A stretch of DNA of 64,000 nt from an uncultured Actinomycetes bacterium (GTDB taxonomy: Bacteria > Actinomycetota > Thermoleophilia > Gaiellales > Gaiellaceae). A program made the position numbers and the translations under genes. The notes below the pieces were generated by a model. That model did no database searches. It was not told the DNA's origin and worked only from the letters and a program-made list of their open reading frames with translations. Numbering within the stretch: the stretch's first letter is position 1; each line of letters opens with the position of its first letter. This document shows positions 8,813-19,558 of this stretch, piece after piece. The stretch spans positions 1,549,402 through 1,613,401 of the forward strand of contig CAVXEJ010000004.1 of the NCBI GenBank assembly GCA_963760815.1. The letters are read 5' to 3'.

Positions 8813-11269
8813 TCAGACGACGAGGTTCACGAGCTTGCCGGGCACGACGATCGCCTTGCGGAGCTCCTTGCCGTTCATGAGCTCCTGCACCCGAGGCAGA
8901 CCGCGCGCGGCCTCCACCAGCTCATCCTGCGAGAGCCCGGCGCCGACCTCGACGCGGCCGCGCACCTTGCCGTTCACCTGGACGACGAGCACGAACGTGT
9001 CGTGCTCGAGGAACGCCGGATCGGACTCCGGCCACGGCTCCTCCCACAGGCGCTCGTGCCCCAGCTCGACCCACAGCTCCTCGGCGATATGCGACGCGTA
9101 CGGCTGGATCAGCGACACCGCAGTCTCGGCCGCGAAGCGCGCCGCCGGATCGTCCGGCTTCTTCGTGATCTCGTTCACGAGCTCCATCACCGCGGCGATC
9201 GGCGTGTTCAGCGCGAAGCGCCGGCCGATGTCGTCGGTCACCTTGGCGATCGTCTCGTGCGCCTTCCGCGCGAGCGCCGTGTCCGGGACCGGCCCGTCGA
9301 GCGCGGGCTTCGCGCACTGCTCCATGACGGCGCGCCAGAGCCGGTGCAGGAAGCGGACGATCCCCTCGAAGCCCGAGTCCTGCCACTCGGCGTCCTGCTC
9401 GACCGGCCCGATGAACAGCAGGTACATGCGCACCGCGTCGGCGCCGTAGCGGTCGACGTACTCGTCCGGGACGATCACGTTGCCCTTCGACTTGGACATC
9501 TTCGCGCCGTGCCGGTGCAGCATCCCCTGGGTGAAGAGCCGCGCGAACGGCTCGCGGAAGCCGACCAGTCCGAGCTCCTGCATCACCTTCGTGAAGAAGC
9601 GCGCGTACATGAGATGCAAGATCGCGTGCTCGATCCCGCCGATGTACTGGTTGACCGGGAGCCAGAAATCGGCGATCGCGCGGTCGAACGGCGCGTTCGC
9701 GTTCTGCGAGTCCGCGTAGCGGATGAAGTACCAGGACGAGTCGACGAACGTGTCCATCGTGTCGGTCTCGCGCTTGGCCGGCCCGCTGCAGCTCGGGCAG
9801 GTCGTGTTCACCCAATCCTCCGCGGCGGCGAGCGGCGAGCGGCCCTTCGGCAGGTACTCGTCGACCTCGGGGAGCACGACCGGAAGCTGGTCGTCCGGCA
9901 CCGCGACGATTCCGCACTCGGGACAGTGGACGACCGGGATCGGGCAGCCCCAGTAGCGCTGCCGCGACAGCAGCCAGTCGCGCAGCCGGTAGCCGATCTT
10001 CGCCTGGCCGCGGCCCTGCGACTCGAGCCAGCGCACGATCTGCTCCTTGGCCTCCACGGCTGACAGGCCGGTGAAGTCGCCCGAGTTGACGAGGATCTCG
10101 TTCTCGGAGTGCTCGCTGAACGCGCCCTCCTGGGCGACTGGGCCCTCGGCGCCGTCGGCGGGCGCGACGACCGTGCGTACAGGCAGGTCGTAGCGCTCCG
10201 CGAACGCGAAGTCGCGCTCGTCGTGCGCGGGGACGCCCATGATCGCGCCGGTGCCGTACTCCATGAGCACGTAGTCGGCGACCCAGACCGGCATCCGCTC
10301 GCCGGTCGCCGGGTTCTCGACGTAGCGGCCCGTGAAGACGCCGTCCTTCTCTTTCTCCTCGCGCTCGACCGCCGTGCGAGCGGCCGCGTGGCGCGCATAG
10401 TCGAGCACCTCCCGCTCGTGCTCGGTGCCCGCGACGAGCGCGGCGACCAGCGGGTGCTCGGGCGCGATGACGAAGAACGTCGCGCCGAAGATCGTGTCCG
10501 GGCGCGTCGTGAAGACGGGGATGTCCTCGTCGACGTCCTCGGAGTGGAAGAGCAGCTCGGCACCCTCGGAGCGGCCGATCCAGTTGCGCTGCATCGTGAG
10601 CACGCGCTCGGGCCAGGACTCGAGCAGCGACATCTCGTCGAGCAGGACGTCCGCGTAGTCGGTGATCCGGAAGAACCACTGCTCCAGGTTCTTCGCCTCG
10701 ACCTCGTGCCCGCAGCGCTCGCAGCGGCCGTCGATCACCTGCTCGTTGGCGAGGACGGTCTGGTCGTTCGGGCACCACTTGACCGGCGCCTCCTTGCGGT
10801 AGGCGAGGCCGCGCTCGAAGAAGCGGAGGAAGAGCCACTGCGTCCAGCGGTAGTACTCGGGCTCGTGGGTGGAGAGGACGCGGTCCCAGTCGATCGCCCA
10901 GCCCATCCGCTCCATCTGCGCGCGGATCGAGGCGATGTTGCGCTCGGTCACGTCGCGCGGGTGGCCGCCTTCCTTGATCGCAGCGTTCTCGGCCGGCAGG
11001 CCGAACGCGTCGAAGCCCATCGGGCGCAGCACCGCGGCCCCGTTGCGGCGGCGGAACTGCGCGACGATCTCGCCGAGCATGTAGTTGCGCACGTGCCCCA
11101 TGTGCAGCTCGCCCGAGGGGTACGGGAGCATCTCGAGCACGTAGGTCTTGGCGCTCATGTCGGGCGCGCCGGGCTCGCCGGGGTTGGGGACGTGGAAGGC
11201 GCGCTCGCGCTTCCAGGTCTCCTGCCACTTGGGCTCGATCGTCTTCGGGTCGTAGCGCTTCATGTCCAT
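8813..11269 (-). CDS. leuS: Leucyl-tRNA synthetase
   Basis: 818 aa. PYPSGELHMGHVRNY (HIGH-type) and KMSKSKGN (KMSKS) motifs. The second ATG (11263) has better SD spacing (GGAGATGGAC ATG). Confidence 0.97.
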   Translation of the reverse strand: MDMKRYDPKTIEPKWQETWKRERAFHVPNPGEPGAPDMSAKTYVLEMLPYPSGELHMGHVRNYMLGEIVAQFRRRNGAAVLRPMGFDAFGLPAENAAIKEGGHPRDVTERNIASIRAQMERMGWAIDWDRVLSTHEPEYYRWTQWLFLRFFERGLAYRKEAPVKWCPNDQTVLANEQVIDGRCERCGHEVEAKNLEQWFFRITDYADVLLDEMSLLESWPERVLTMQRNWIGRSEGAELLFHSEDVDEDIPVFTTRPDTIFGATFFVIAPEHPLVAALVAGTEHEREVLDYARHAAARTAVEREEKEKDGVFTGRYVENPATGERMPVWVADYVLMEYGTGAIMGVPAHDERDFAFAERYDLPVRTVVAPADGAEGPVAQEGAFSEHSENEILVNSGDFTGLSAVEAKEQIVRWLESQGRGQAKIGYRLRDWLLSRQRYWGCPIPVVHCPECGIVAVPDDQLPVVLPEVDEYLPKGRSPLAAAEDWVNTTCPSCSGPAKRETDTMDTFVDSSWYFIRYADSQNANAPFDRAIADFWLPVNQYIGGIEHAILHLMYARFFTKVMQELGLVGFREPFARLFTQGMLHRHGAKMSKSKGNVIVPDEYVDRYGADAVRMYLLFIGPVEQDAEWQDSGFEGIVRFLHRLWRAVMEQCAKPALDGPVPDTALARKAHETIAKVTDDIGRRFALNTPIAAVMELVNEITKKPDDPAARFAAETAVSLIQPYASHIAEELWVELGHERLWEEPWPESDPAFLEHDTFVLVVQVNGKVRGRVEVGAGLSQDELVEAARGLPRVQELMNGKELRKAIVVPGKLVNLVV

Positions 11270-11420
11270 CTCCGTATTCGTCTCCAGATACGAAAAAGCC
11301 TCTCGTGCGAGAGGCTCAGGGATGACTGGGCGACCGGCTGCTGCCGCTCGCTAGGTTCCCCTGAAGCATGTAAGGGCGAGGCTCGTCATCTGGTTCGAGT
11401 GTAGCGAAGGGCGATTTCGT
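11270..11420 (-). promoter_or_regulatory. leuS leader region containing a terminator hairpin (possible attenuator)
   Basis: There is no room for a promoter between the hairpin (11292-11317) and the leuS start. A long-range GAUGAC...GUCAUC pairing lies upstream of the terminator. Confidence 0.45.
11292..11317 (-). terminator. Intrinsic terminator-like hairpin + U-tract about 25 nt upstream of the leuS start
   Basis: Minus strand reads AGCCUCUCG-CAC-GAGAGGCU followed by UUUUU. Confidence 0.7.
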
Positions 11421-11522
11421 TGTCCCCCGGGGGACCCCGGCTAGGGCACCCCTCGCGCTCAAGCGTAACGCGGAAATCCGCGCGTGTGGTGCGCGAAATC
11501 GTGCCGGATGTGTTCCAGGTTG
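11421..11522 (+). repeat. ~100-nt intergenic repeat family, copy A
   Basis: gtcccccgggggacccc...aagcgtaacgcggaaatccgcgcgtgtggtgcgcgaaatcgtgccggatgtgttccag. Closely matches 14396-14498. Confidence 0.8.
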
Positions 11523-11530
11523 TCCCGGCT

Positions 11531-12704
11531 CTACGGTGACGCAGGCGGCGACGTTCGAGGCGACTGGGCCGGGCCCGACTGAGCTAGCAGTCGCTCGTCG
11601 ATCCGCCGGCGGCGGAAGCGCAGGAGGAACCAGGCCACGACGCCGACCACGATCAGCGGCGACGCGACGATAAGGACGAGCAGCGCGACCACGCCGGCCG
11701 TGGCGAGAAGATCAATGCCGGTTCGAACCGCGCCCATCGCGCCGCCCTCGTCGTCGTCGGATGCCGCCGCGGCGCCCTCGCGCGTGTGGATCGTCAGCGC
11801 CACGTCGGCCATCGAGGCCCGCTCGAGGACGGCCGCGCGGTCGCGCCGCGCATCCCGCAGCCGGTCGCGCGTGCGGGCGAGGCGCAGCTCGACGGCGAGC
11901 TCCTCCTCGGCCGTGAGCGTGCCGCTCTCGAGCCGCAGCCGGTCGGCCCTGATCGTGCGCTGCAGCGACTCGATCCGCGTCGTGAACAGATCCACGTCCC
12001 CCTGGAGATCGACGGTCGCCATCTGCTGCTTCGTGATCGTCCCGAGCGCCGAGAGCCCGACGACCGCATCCTCGAGCCGCTCGACCGGAATCCGCAGCTG
12101 GAGCTCGGCCGTGCCCTCCTTGCCCTGCGTGGTCACGTTGGACGAGCGCACGAAGCCGCCCAGATCCTTGGTCAGCGCCAGCGCGTCGTTCGTCGCCTGC
12201 GAGAGCGCGTCCGCGTCGGCGGTGCGGATCGCCATCGTCAGGTCGATGTCCTGGGCCCGCGAGCTGTCGAGCGCGCCGGCCGCAGCGCCGTGGATGGGTG
12301 CTGCCTCGAAGGCGCTCCGCTGCGTGTCGAACGCCTCCCATGGCTCCGGCGCGGCTGTCGCCGACTCGGACTCGGACTTGAGAGCCACGTCGTCGCCCGA
12401 CGCCCCCACCGCGCTGGTGTCTTCGCCGCCGAACTCGACCGTGGACGCGTAGATCCCACCGACCATCGCGACGAGCGCCGCGACAGAGCACGACGGCCAG
12501 CCGCCGCCGCGTCACCATCGGCCGCCGCGGCGCGGAAGGCTCGACGATCATCCGCACGCGCTCCCGGAGCACGAGCGGCGCCTCGGCCATGCCGCTGCGC
12601 AGCTCGCGGACGAGCCCCTGGAGGATCGCCTCCTGCGCCGTCTCGGGCGCGAAGCCGGCGAGCAGACGCTCGAGCCGTGCGGGTTCGATCTCAGGCGAGC
12701 GCAT
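11531..12704 (-). CDS. Anti-sigma-like membrane protein with DUF4349-type extracytoplasmic domain; apparent frameshift near 12480
   Basis: N-terminus MRSPEIEPARLERLLAGF... lies in the ORF 11712..12803 frame. TM helix + DUF4349-like coiled region and C-terminal TM lie in ORF 11531..12466. The start overlaps the stop of the ECF sigma gene. Confidence 0.65.
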
Positions 12705-13221
12705 GGGATTCCATCCTTTCTCCGAGCTTGCCGAGCGCCCGCGAAAGGCGCATCGAGCAGGCTGTACGTCCGATTCCGAGCACGCGCGCAGCGGTGTCCG
12801 CATCCATCTCGAGGACGATCCGCAGGACGATCACCTCGCGCTCGCCGGCGCTCAGCGTCGCGAGCGCGGCAGCCAACTCGGGTGAGAACCCGACAGGCTC
12901 CAGGTCCTCGACCTGCGCCTCCTCGACCGCGTAGCGCTGCTCACGCCCGCGCCGCCGCGATTCCGAGCGGAAGTGGTCGAGCGCCACCCGCCGCGCAATC
13001 GCGCAGAGCCAGGGCAACTCGGGCCCGCGCCGGGGGTCGTAACGCTTCCACCGGCGCAGCGCGCGTTCGAACGTCTCGGCCGTGAGGTCGTCCGCGAGCG
13101 CGACGTCGCCGGTGAAGAAGACGAGGAACCGCCGCACGTCGTCGAGGCAGTCCTCGGCGACTTCGGCGAACGGCCTGCGAGTCGATCGCGTCCCCGTCCA
13201 GGACGTTGCGAACGCGTTCAT
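12691..13221 (-). CDS. ECF-type RNA polymerase sigma-70 family factor
   Basis: 176 aa. Region 2 (DDLTAETFERALRRWKRYDP...WLCAIARRVALDHFR) and region 4 HTH (LSAGEREVIVLRIVLEMDADTAARVLGIGRTACSMRLSRA). Confidence 0.85.
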   Translation of the reverse strand: MNAFATSWTGTRSTRRPFAEVAEDCLDDVRRFLVFFTGDVALADDLTAETFERALRRWKRYDPRRGPELPWLCAIARRVALDHFRSESRRRGREQRYAVEEAQVEDLEPVGFSPELAAALATLSAGEREVIVLRIVLEMDADTAARVLGIGRTACSMRLSRALGKLGERMESHALA

Positions 13222-13302
13222 ACCTGTACTACGCCACAGATCGTGTCCGGCGTCACGCTCATGCCCGCTTCGACCGGCCGAGCCGCCTCGATGTTCCTGC
13301 GA

Positions 13303-13375
13303 TGGAGCCAGCGGGATTCGAACCCGCGACCTTCTGGCTGCCAGCCAGACGCTCTCCCAGCTGAGCTATGGCCCC
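13303..13375 (-). tRNA. tRNA-Ala (anticodon GGC)
   Basis: GGGGCCATAGCTCAGCTGGGAGAGCGTCTGGCTGGCAGCCAGAAGGTCGCGGGTTCGAATCCCGCTGGCTCCA folds as a cloverleaf. G3:U70 is present. Confidence 0.9.
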
Positions 13376-13387
13376 GCGGGTGAAAGG

Positions 13388-13663
13388 TTAGCGCGCGGCC
13401 GCGATCTCGACCGAGGGGACGTCGCCCCAGAGTTCCTCGAGCCGATAGAAGTCGCGCGCCTCCTGCGTGAACACGTGCAGAACGACATCGAGGTAGTCGG
13501 CGAGGATCCATGAGCCCGGCGTGACGCCCGCGACGTTGCGCGGGATCAGGTTCGCGTCCGCCTTCAGGCGGAAGTGCACCTCGTCGTAGATCGACTTCGT
13601 CTGGCGCGCGTTCGCGCCCGTGCAGATGACGAAGAAGTCCGTGTACGAGCACACGGGCCGCAT
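13388..13663 (-). CDS. rsfS: Ribosomal silencing factor RsfS (iojap-like); homology continues upstream of the first ATG
   Basis: TDFFVICTGANARQTKSIYDEV...DYLDVVLHVFTQEARDFYRLEELW. The in-frame upstream LLTPLDYAQRIAGIAQEKLATDTTILD also looks RsfS-like but has no ATG/GTG/TTG. Confidence 0.8.
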   Translation of the reverse strand: MRPVCSYTDFFVICTGANARQTKSIYDEVHFRLKADANLIPRNVAGVTPGSWILADYLDVVLHVFTQEARDFYRLEELWGDVPSVEIAAAR

Positions 13664-13771
13664 ATCGAGGATCGTCGTATCGGTCGCCAGCTTCTCCTGG
13701 GCGATCCCGGCGATCCGCTGGGCGTAGTCGAGCGGCGTCAGAAGGCCGCTGGCTTCGAAGTGAACATCTGC

Positions 13772-14377
13772 CTAGAGAGTAGCTCGATAGAGGCCGAGCT
13801 CGTCAATGAGCTGCTCAACGGCGTCGGGGACGAGCTCGTCGATCCGCTCGCCGCGGCCGACGCGATCGCGCACGTCGCGGGATGCGATCGGCAGCGGGTC
13901 GAGCTCGAACTCGACGATCCGGTCGGGGCGGGCAAGGCGGGTTTCCGCGGCGTCGACGCACGCGCGGTCCGTGCCCGGCCTGGTCGCGACCGCCAGGCGC
14001 ACCGCATCGAGGATCGTCTGTGGCTCGCGCCAGCCGGGGAAGTCGGCGAACTCGTCCGCGCCGACGACGAAGAGGACGTCGCCGTAGCGCTCGGCCGCCC
14101 AGCGCGCGGTGTCGACCGTGTAGGACGGGCCGTCGCCGTCGAGCTCGTGGCGCGAAAGTTCGACGCCGGGGATGCCCGCGAACGCGGCCTCGGCCAGGCG
14201 GAACCGCGTCTCCGCGTCCGTGTCGACCGGCTTGTGCGGTGCCTCGCCGACGACCACCACGATCAGGCGCTCCAGGCCGAGCGCCTCGATCGCGCGCCGC
14301 GCCAGCGCGACGTGCCCGTTGTGCGGCGGGTCGAACGTCCCGCCGAGGAGCCCTACAGCCATGGCCGTTCCGGACAT
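13772..14377 (-). CDS. nadD: Nicotinate-nucleotide adenylyltransferase
   Basis: GLLGGTFDPPHNGHVALA (HxGH nucleotidyltransferase motif), 201 aa. Alternative start at 14362. Confidence 0.9.
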   Translation of the reverse strand: MSGTAMAVGLLGGTFDPPHNGHVALARRAIEALGLERLIVVVVGEAPHKPVDTDAETRFRLAEAAFAGIPGVELSRHELDGDGPSYTVDTARWAAERYGDVLFVVGADEFADFPGWREPQTILDAVRLAVATRPGTDRACVDAAETRLARPDRIVEFELDPLPIASRDVRDRVGRGERIDELVPDAVEQLIDELGLYRATL

Positions 14378-14395
14378 GTCCGCCGGGCCCTAATC

Positions 14396-14498
14396 GGTGC
14401 TCCCCCGGGGGACCCCCCTGTGCAGCACCCCCAGGTTCGAGCGTAACTCGGAAATGCGCGCGTGTGGTGCGCGGGAATGTGCCGGATCTGTGCCAGAG
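14396..14498 (+). repeat. ~100-nt intergenic repeat family, copy B
   Basis: ctcccccgggggacccccc...gagcgtaactcggaaatgcgcgcgtgtggtgcgcgggaatgtgccggatctgtgccag, between obg and nadD. Confidence 0.8.
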
Positions 14499-14504
14499 CG
14501 CCCA

Positions 14505-15974
<1,470 letters not shown>

Positions 15975-15975
<1 letters not shown>

Positions 15976-16478
15976 TACTCGCCTTTCTCTTCCGTCGTCT
16001 TCTTCGCAGCGGGCTTGCGGGCCGGCGCCTTCGGCTTCGCCGGGGCCTTCGGCTTCGCTGCGGCCTTCGGCTTGGCCGGGGCCTTCGGCTTCGCGGCCGC
16101 CCTCGGCTTCGCTGCGGCCTTCGGCTTCTCCTCCGCGGTCTCGGCCTTCTTCGCCGGTGCGCGCTTGGGCGCTGCCGCGCCGATCGACGTGATCTCGATC
16201 TTGGAGAGCCGGCTGCGATGTCCGTTGCGGCGCCGGTAGCCGGTGCGCTGGCGGTGCTTGCCGACGATGACCTTCTTGCCGAGCAGGTGCTCGACCACGA
16301 TCGCCTGCACCGCGACCTTCGCGTCGGCGCCGAGCTTCACGTCGCCGTCGCCTCCGATCAGGAGGACGTCGGGCGAGAACGTCGCGCCCTCGTCGTGCGG
16401 AACCCGGTCCACGAGCAGCCATTCGCCCTCGCGGACGCGATGCTGCTTGCCTGAGAGTGCGATCACTGCGTAGGTCAT
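15975..16478 (-). CDS. rplU: 50S ribosomal protein L21 with ~65-aa Lys/Ala/Pro-rich C-terminal extension
   Basis: [25 protein letters not shown]...[27 protein letters not shown], then [25 protein letters not shown]... tail. Confidence 0.9.
16027..16134. repeat. 18-nt tandem coding repeat (about 6 units, gccttcggcttcgcNgNg) inside the rplU tail
   Basis: Direct reading of 16027-16134. Each unit encodes A-K-P-K-A-[AP] on the minus strand. Confidence 0.8.
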
Positions 16479-16495
16479 GGTCTGCTCCGTAGAAC

Positions 16496-16515
16496 GAGCG
16501 GGCTTTCGCCCGCTC
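16496..16515 (-). promoter_or_regulatory. Stem-loop between the rne stop and the rplU start
   Basis: gagcgggc-tttc-gcccgctc, an 8-bp GC stem. On the minus strand it is followed by GUUCUACGGAGCAGACC-AUG (SD GGAG), so it could be a processing or attenuation site. Confidence 0.4.
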
Positions 16516-16527
16516 AAGCGAAAAAGT

Positions 16528-19141
16528 CTAGCCGGGCTCCTCATCGAGGGCAACAGGAGCGAGCGGCTCGGCCGCCGGAGGCTCGACGGGCGTGTCGCCG
16601 TCGACCGCAACTGCCGGCTTCTTCTTGCGGTTGCGCCCTCCGCGGGAGCCTCGGCGCGTCTTCTTGCGCGGCTTCGCCTCGGGATCGACACCGTTCGTCT
16701 CGGCGGCCGGAGCCGTCTCGGCGACCGGTTCCGCGGGAGCGGCCTCGGCCACGGGCTCGGCGCCGTTCGTCGACTCGGCGGTGACCGCTGCGGGCTTCTT
16801 CTTGCGGTTGCGCCCGCCGCGCGATCCGCGCCGCGTCTTCTTCTTCGGCTTGGGCGTCTCGTCGGAGGACTCGCCCTCGACCTTGGTCTCCTCGGCCGGC
16901 TTGGGCTCCTTCGGCTTGGCGGTGCGGCGTCTGCTTCGGCTTGGACTTTGCGGGCTCGGCGGTCTCCTTCTGCTTCTCCTTCGCCTCGCCCTCGGTCGCA
17001 GCGCGGCTTCTTGCCGCGCCCCCTGCCGCCGCGCGAGCCGCGGCTTCGCTTCGGCGTCATCGGCCAGCCCGGCGTCCTCGCGGTCGAGCTCGGTGCCCGC
17101 CTCGATCGGCGCCTCGCCGGCCGCGTCGACGCCCGCGAGCGTGGCGTAGGCGACCGTGCGCGTGGCGCGCTCGATCTTCACCTTGACCGTCTTGCCGATC
17201 TTGTCCTTCGCACCGGCGACGGCGATCACGTAGCCGTTCACGCGGGCGATCGCATCGCCCGGCGAAGCGAGATGCACGTCCTCGAGCTTCACGTCGAGCT
17301 CCTGGCCCTTCGTCACCGGAAGCGCCTTGCCCTCGAGCCGCGAAACCGGGCCGCGGTCGACCACGGCGAAGTGGGACGTGGGCAGGTCGTCGCGGCGTCT
17401 CGAAGAAGAGGCGGCGGCCGGTCTCGCTCTCGAGCTCGGCGAGGCGCGAGGCGCCCGGGCCGATCAGGATCCCCGCGACGCGCGAGGGAAGCTCGATCGT
17501 GAACGCCTGGTGGCGCGACTCCTGGACGAGGTGCCGGATGCGCCGTTCGGCCTCGACCGCGTAGGTCTCCTCCGAGACGACGATCCCGTCGCCCGTGCAG
17601 ACCGGGCACTTGTGCGTGAGGATCTCGCGCGGGCCGTCGGTGACGTTCTGGCGCGTCATCTCGACGAGGCCGAGCGGCGAGATCTCGACGACGTAGGTCT
17701 TGGTGCGGTCCTTCTCGAGCTCGTTCTTCAGCGCATCCTCGACCTGGGCGCGGTTCTTCGGGTTCGCCATGTCGATGAAGTCGATGACGATGATCCCGCC
17801 GATGTCGCGCAGCCGCAGCTGGCGCACGACCTCGGAGACCGCCTCGAGGTTGTTCTTCGTGATCGTGTCCTCGAGGCGGGCGCCGCTCGACTTGCCGCGG
17901 GCGCCGACGAAGCGGCCGGTGTTGACGTCCACGACCGTGAACGCCTCCGCGTAGTCGAAGATCAGGTAGCCGCCGGAGGGAAGGTCGACGCGGCGGCGCA
18001 GCGTGGACTTCACGGCCTCGTCGACGCCGCACTTCTCGAGCAGGCGCTCCTTGCCGTCGTAGAGCTCGACGCGGTCGGCGAGGTCGGTCGACGTGCGCTT
18101 CAGGTAGCCGACGATGCGCCGGTAGGTGCGCTCGTGGTCGACGACGACGCGCTCGAAATCGCGGATGAAGAGGTCGCGCACGATCCGCAGGGGCAGCTCG
18201 GCCTCCTGGTAGACGAGCGCGGGCGCCTCGGTGCGGGCGGCGCGGCTCTTCAGCGTCGACCAGAGCTTCACGAGCAGCGCGAGGTCGCCCTCGAGCTCCT
18301 CCTTCGTCGCGCCCTCGGCGGCGGTGCGGATGATGATCCCGCCCTCGGGCAGGTCGAGCTGCTTCGAGATCGCCTTCAGGCGCTCGCGCTCGGCGTCCTC
18401 GAGGCGGCGGGAGATCCCGATCCCCTCGCCGAACGGCGTGTAGACGAGGAAGCGTCCGGGCAGCGAGATCTCGGTCGTGAGCCTGGCGCCCTTCGTCCCC
18501 ATCGGGTCCTTGACCGCCTGGACGAGCACCTCCTGGCCGCGCTGGACGAGCTCCTGGATGCGCCGGCCGTGGCGCTTGCCCTCGAGCTCCGGGACGACGA
18601 TCTCGTCCACGTAGAGGAACCCGTTGCGCCCGATGCCGATGTCGACGAACGAGGCTTCCATGCCGGGAAGCACGTTGTCGACGACGCCCTTGTAGACGTT
18701 GCCGGCGATCGACCGGCGGCCCGGCCGCTCGAGGTAGACCTCGGCGGGAACCCCGTCCTCGACGACGGCGACGGTCTGCTCCATCACCTCGACGGAGACG
18801 TAGATCTCCTTCTTGACGTCGGCCAACGCCGCCCGCGAGCCGGTCGACGACGTGCGCCGTGTCTGGCTGCGGCGGCGCTGCGGCTTCTTCTCCTCGGCCT
18901 TGCCGCGAGATGCGGGCTTGGTGGTCTTCTCGGCGACCGCTACGGTCGCAGACGAGGAGTCGGCTGGACGCTTGCGCCCGCGACCGCCTCGGTTGCCGCG
19001 ACGGCGCTTGGGGCGCCCGTCGGGGCCTTTCGTTGCCGGGTCAGTCGGACCGGCGGATTGTTCTGGTCGCGATACGGGAGGTGCTGCCTGCGAGGGCGCC
19101 CCGTCCGCGGACTGCGGCTTCTTGCGAAACCACTGAAGCAC
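16528..19141 (-). CDS. rne: Ribonuclease E/G family (Rne/Rng) with basic N-terminal region, TRAM-like segment and Arg/Lys-rich tail; apparent frameshift near 17393
   Basis: S1 domain GNVYKGVVDNVLPGMEASFVDIG and catalytic core in ORF 17057..19141. After ...GRRLFFET the frame switches to RRDDLPTSHFAVVDRGPVSRLEGKALPV... (ORF 16528..17364). Confidence 0.85.
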
Positions 19142-19309
19142 GGTGTTCTCCTTTCAGGCGCACGCGTGTCGCCGCACCTGTCGAGCAGGCGCGCATCACG
19201 GTGTCAGCCTCAAACTTCATTGATGTCTAGTGAACGTCGGGATTCCCGCTCGCCCGATCCGGGCTCGGTGCTCCCCGTGACGTTCTTTCCACAGGGTAGC
19301 AGCGCCGAT

Positions 19310-19513
19310 CTACGCGGCCGCCGGGCGCAGCCTGCCGCGCTCGACGTCCACGATCCGCAGCCGCTGCGACAGCCTGGCCCAGGCCCACGGCTCGACCTCG
19401 TCGTAGCGTTCGTTCGCCGAGTGGGAACGGACCGCCTCGAGGTATTCGAACCAGGCGTCGGCCTCTTCGATCGCAAGCGCCTCGTCGGCTTCCATGATGT
19501 TCTCGAACGCCAT
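19310..19513 (-). CDS. Small acidic hypothetical protein (67 aa)
   Basis: MAFENIMEADEALAIEEADAWFEYLEAVRSHSANERYDEVEPWAWARLSQRL... sits between rodA and rne. No family recognised. Confidence 0.4.
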   Translation of the reverse strand: MAFENIMEADEALAIEEADAWFEYLEAVRSHSANERYDEVEPWAWARLSQRLRIVDVERGRLRPAAA

Positions 19514-19558
19514 GGGCCGGAACGCTAGGACCTGGACCGGACGGACCGGTCCGCGCAA

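Noticed and set aside
11270-11420. A T-box riboswitch upstream of leuS.
   Set aside because: A terminator is present, but I could not find the conserved T-box sequence or a convincing Stem I/specifier arrangement. It is kept only as an unclassified leader (see findings).
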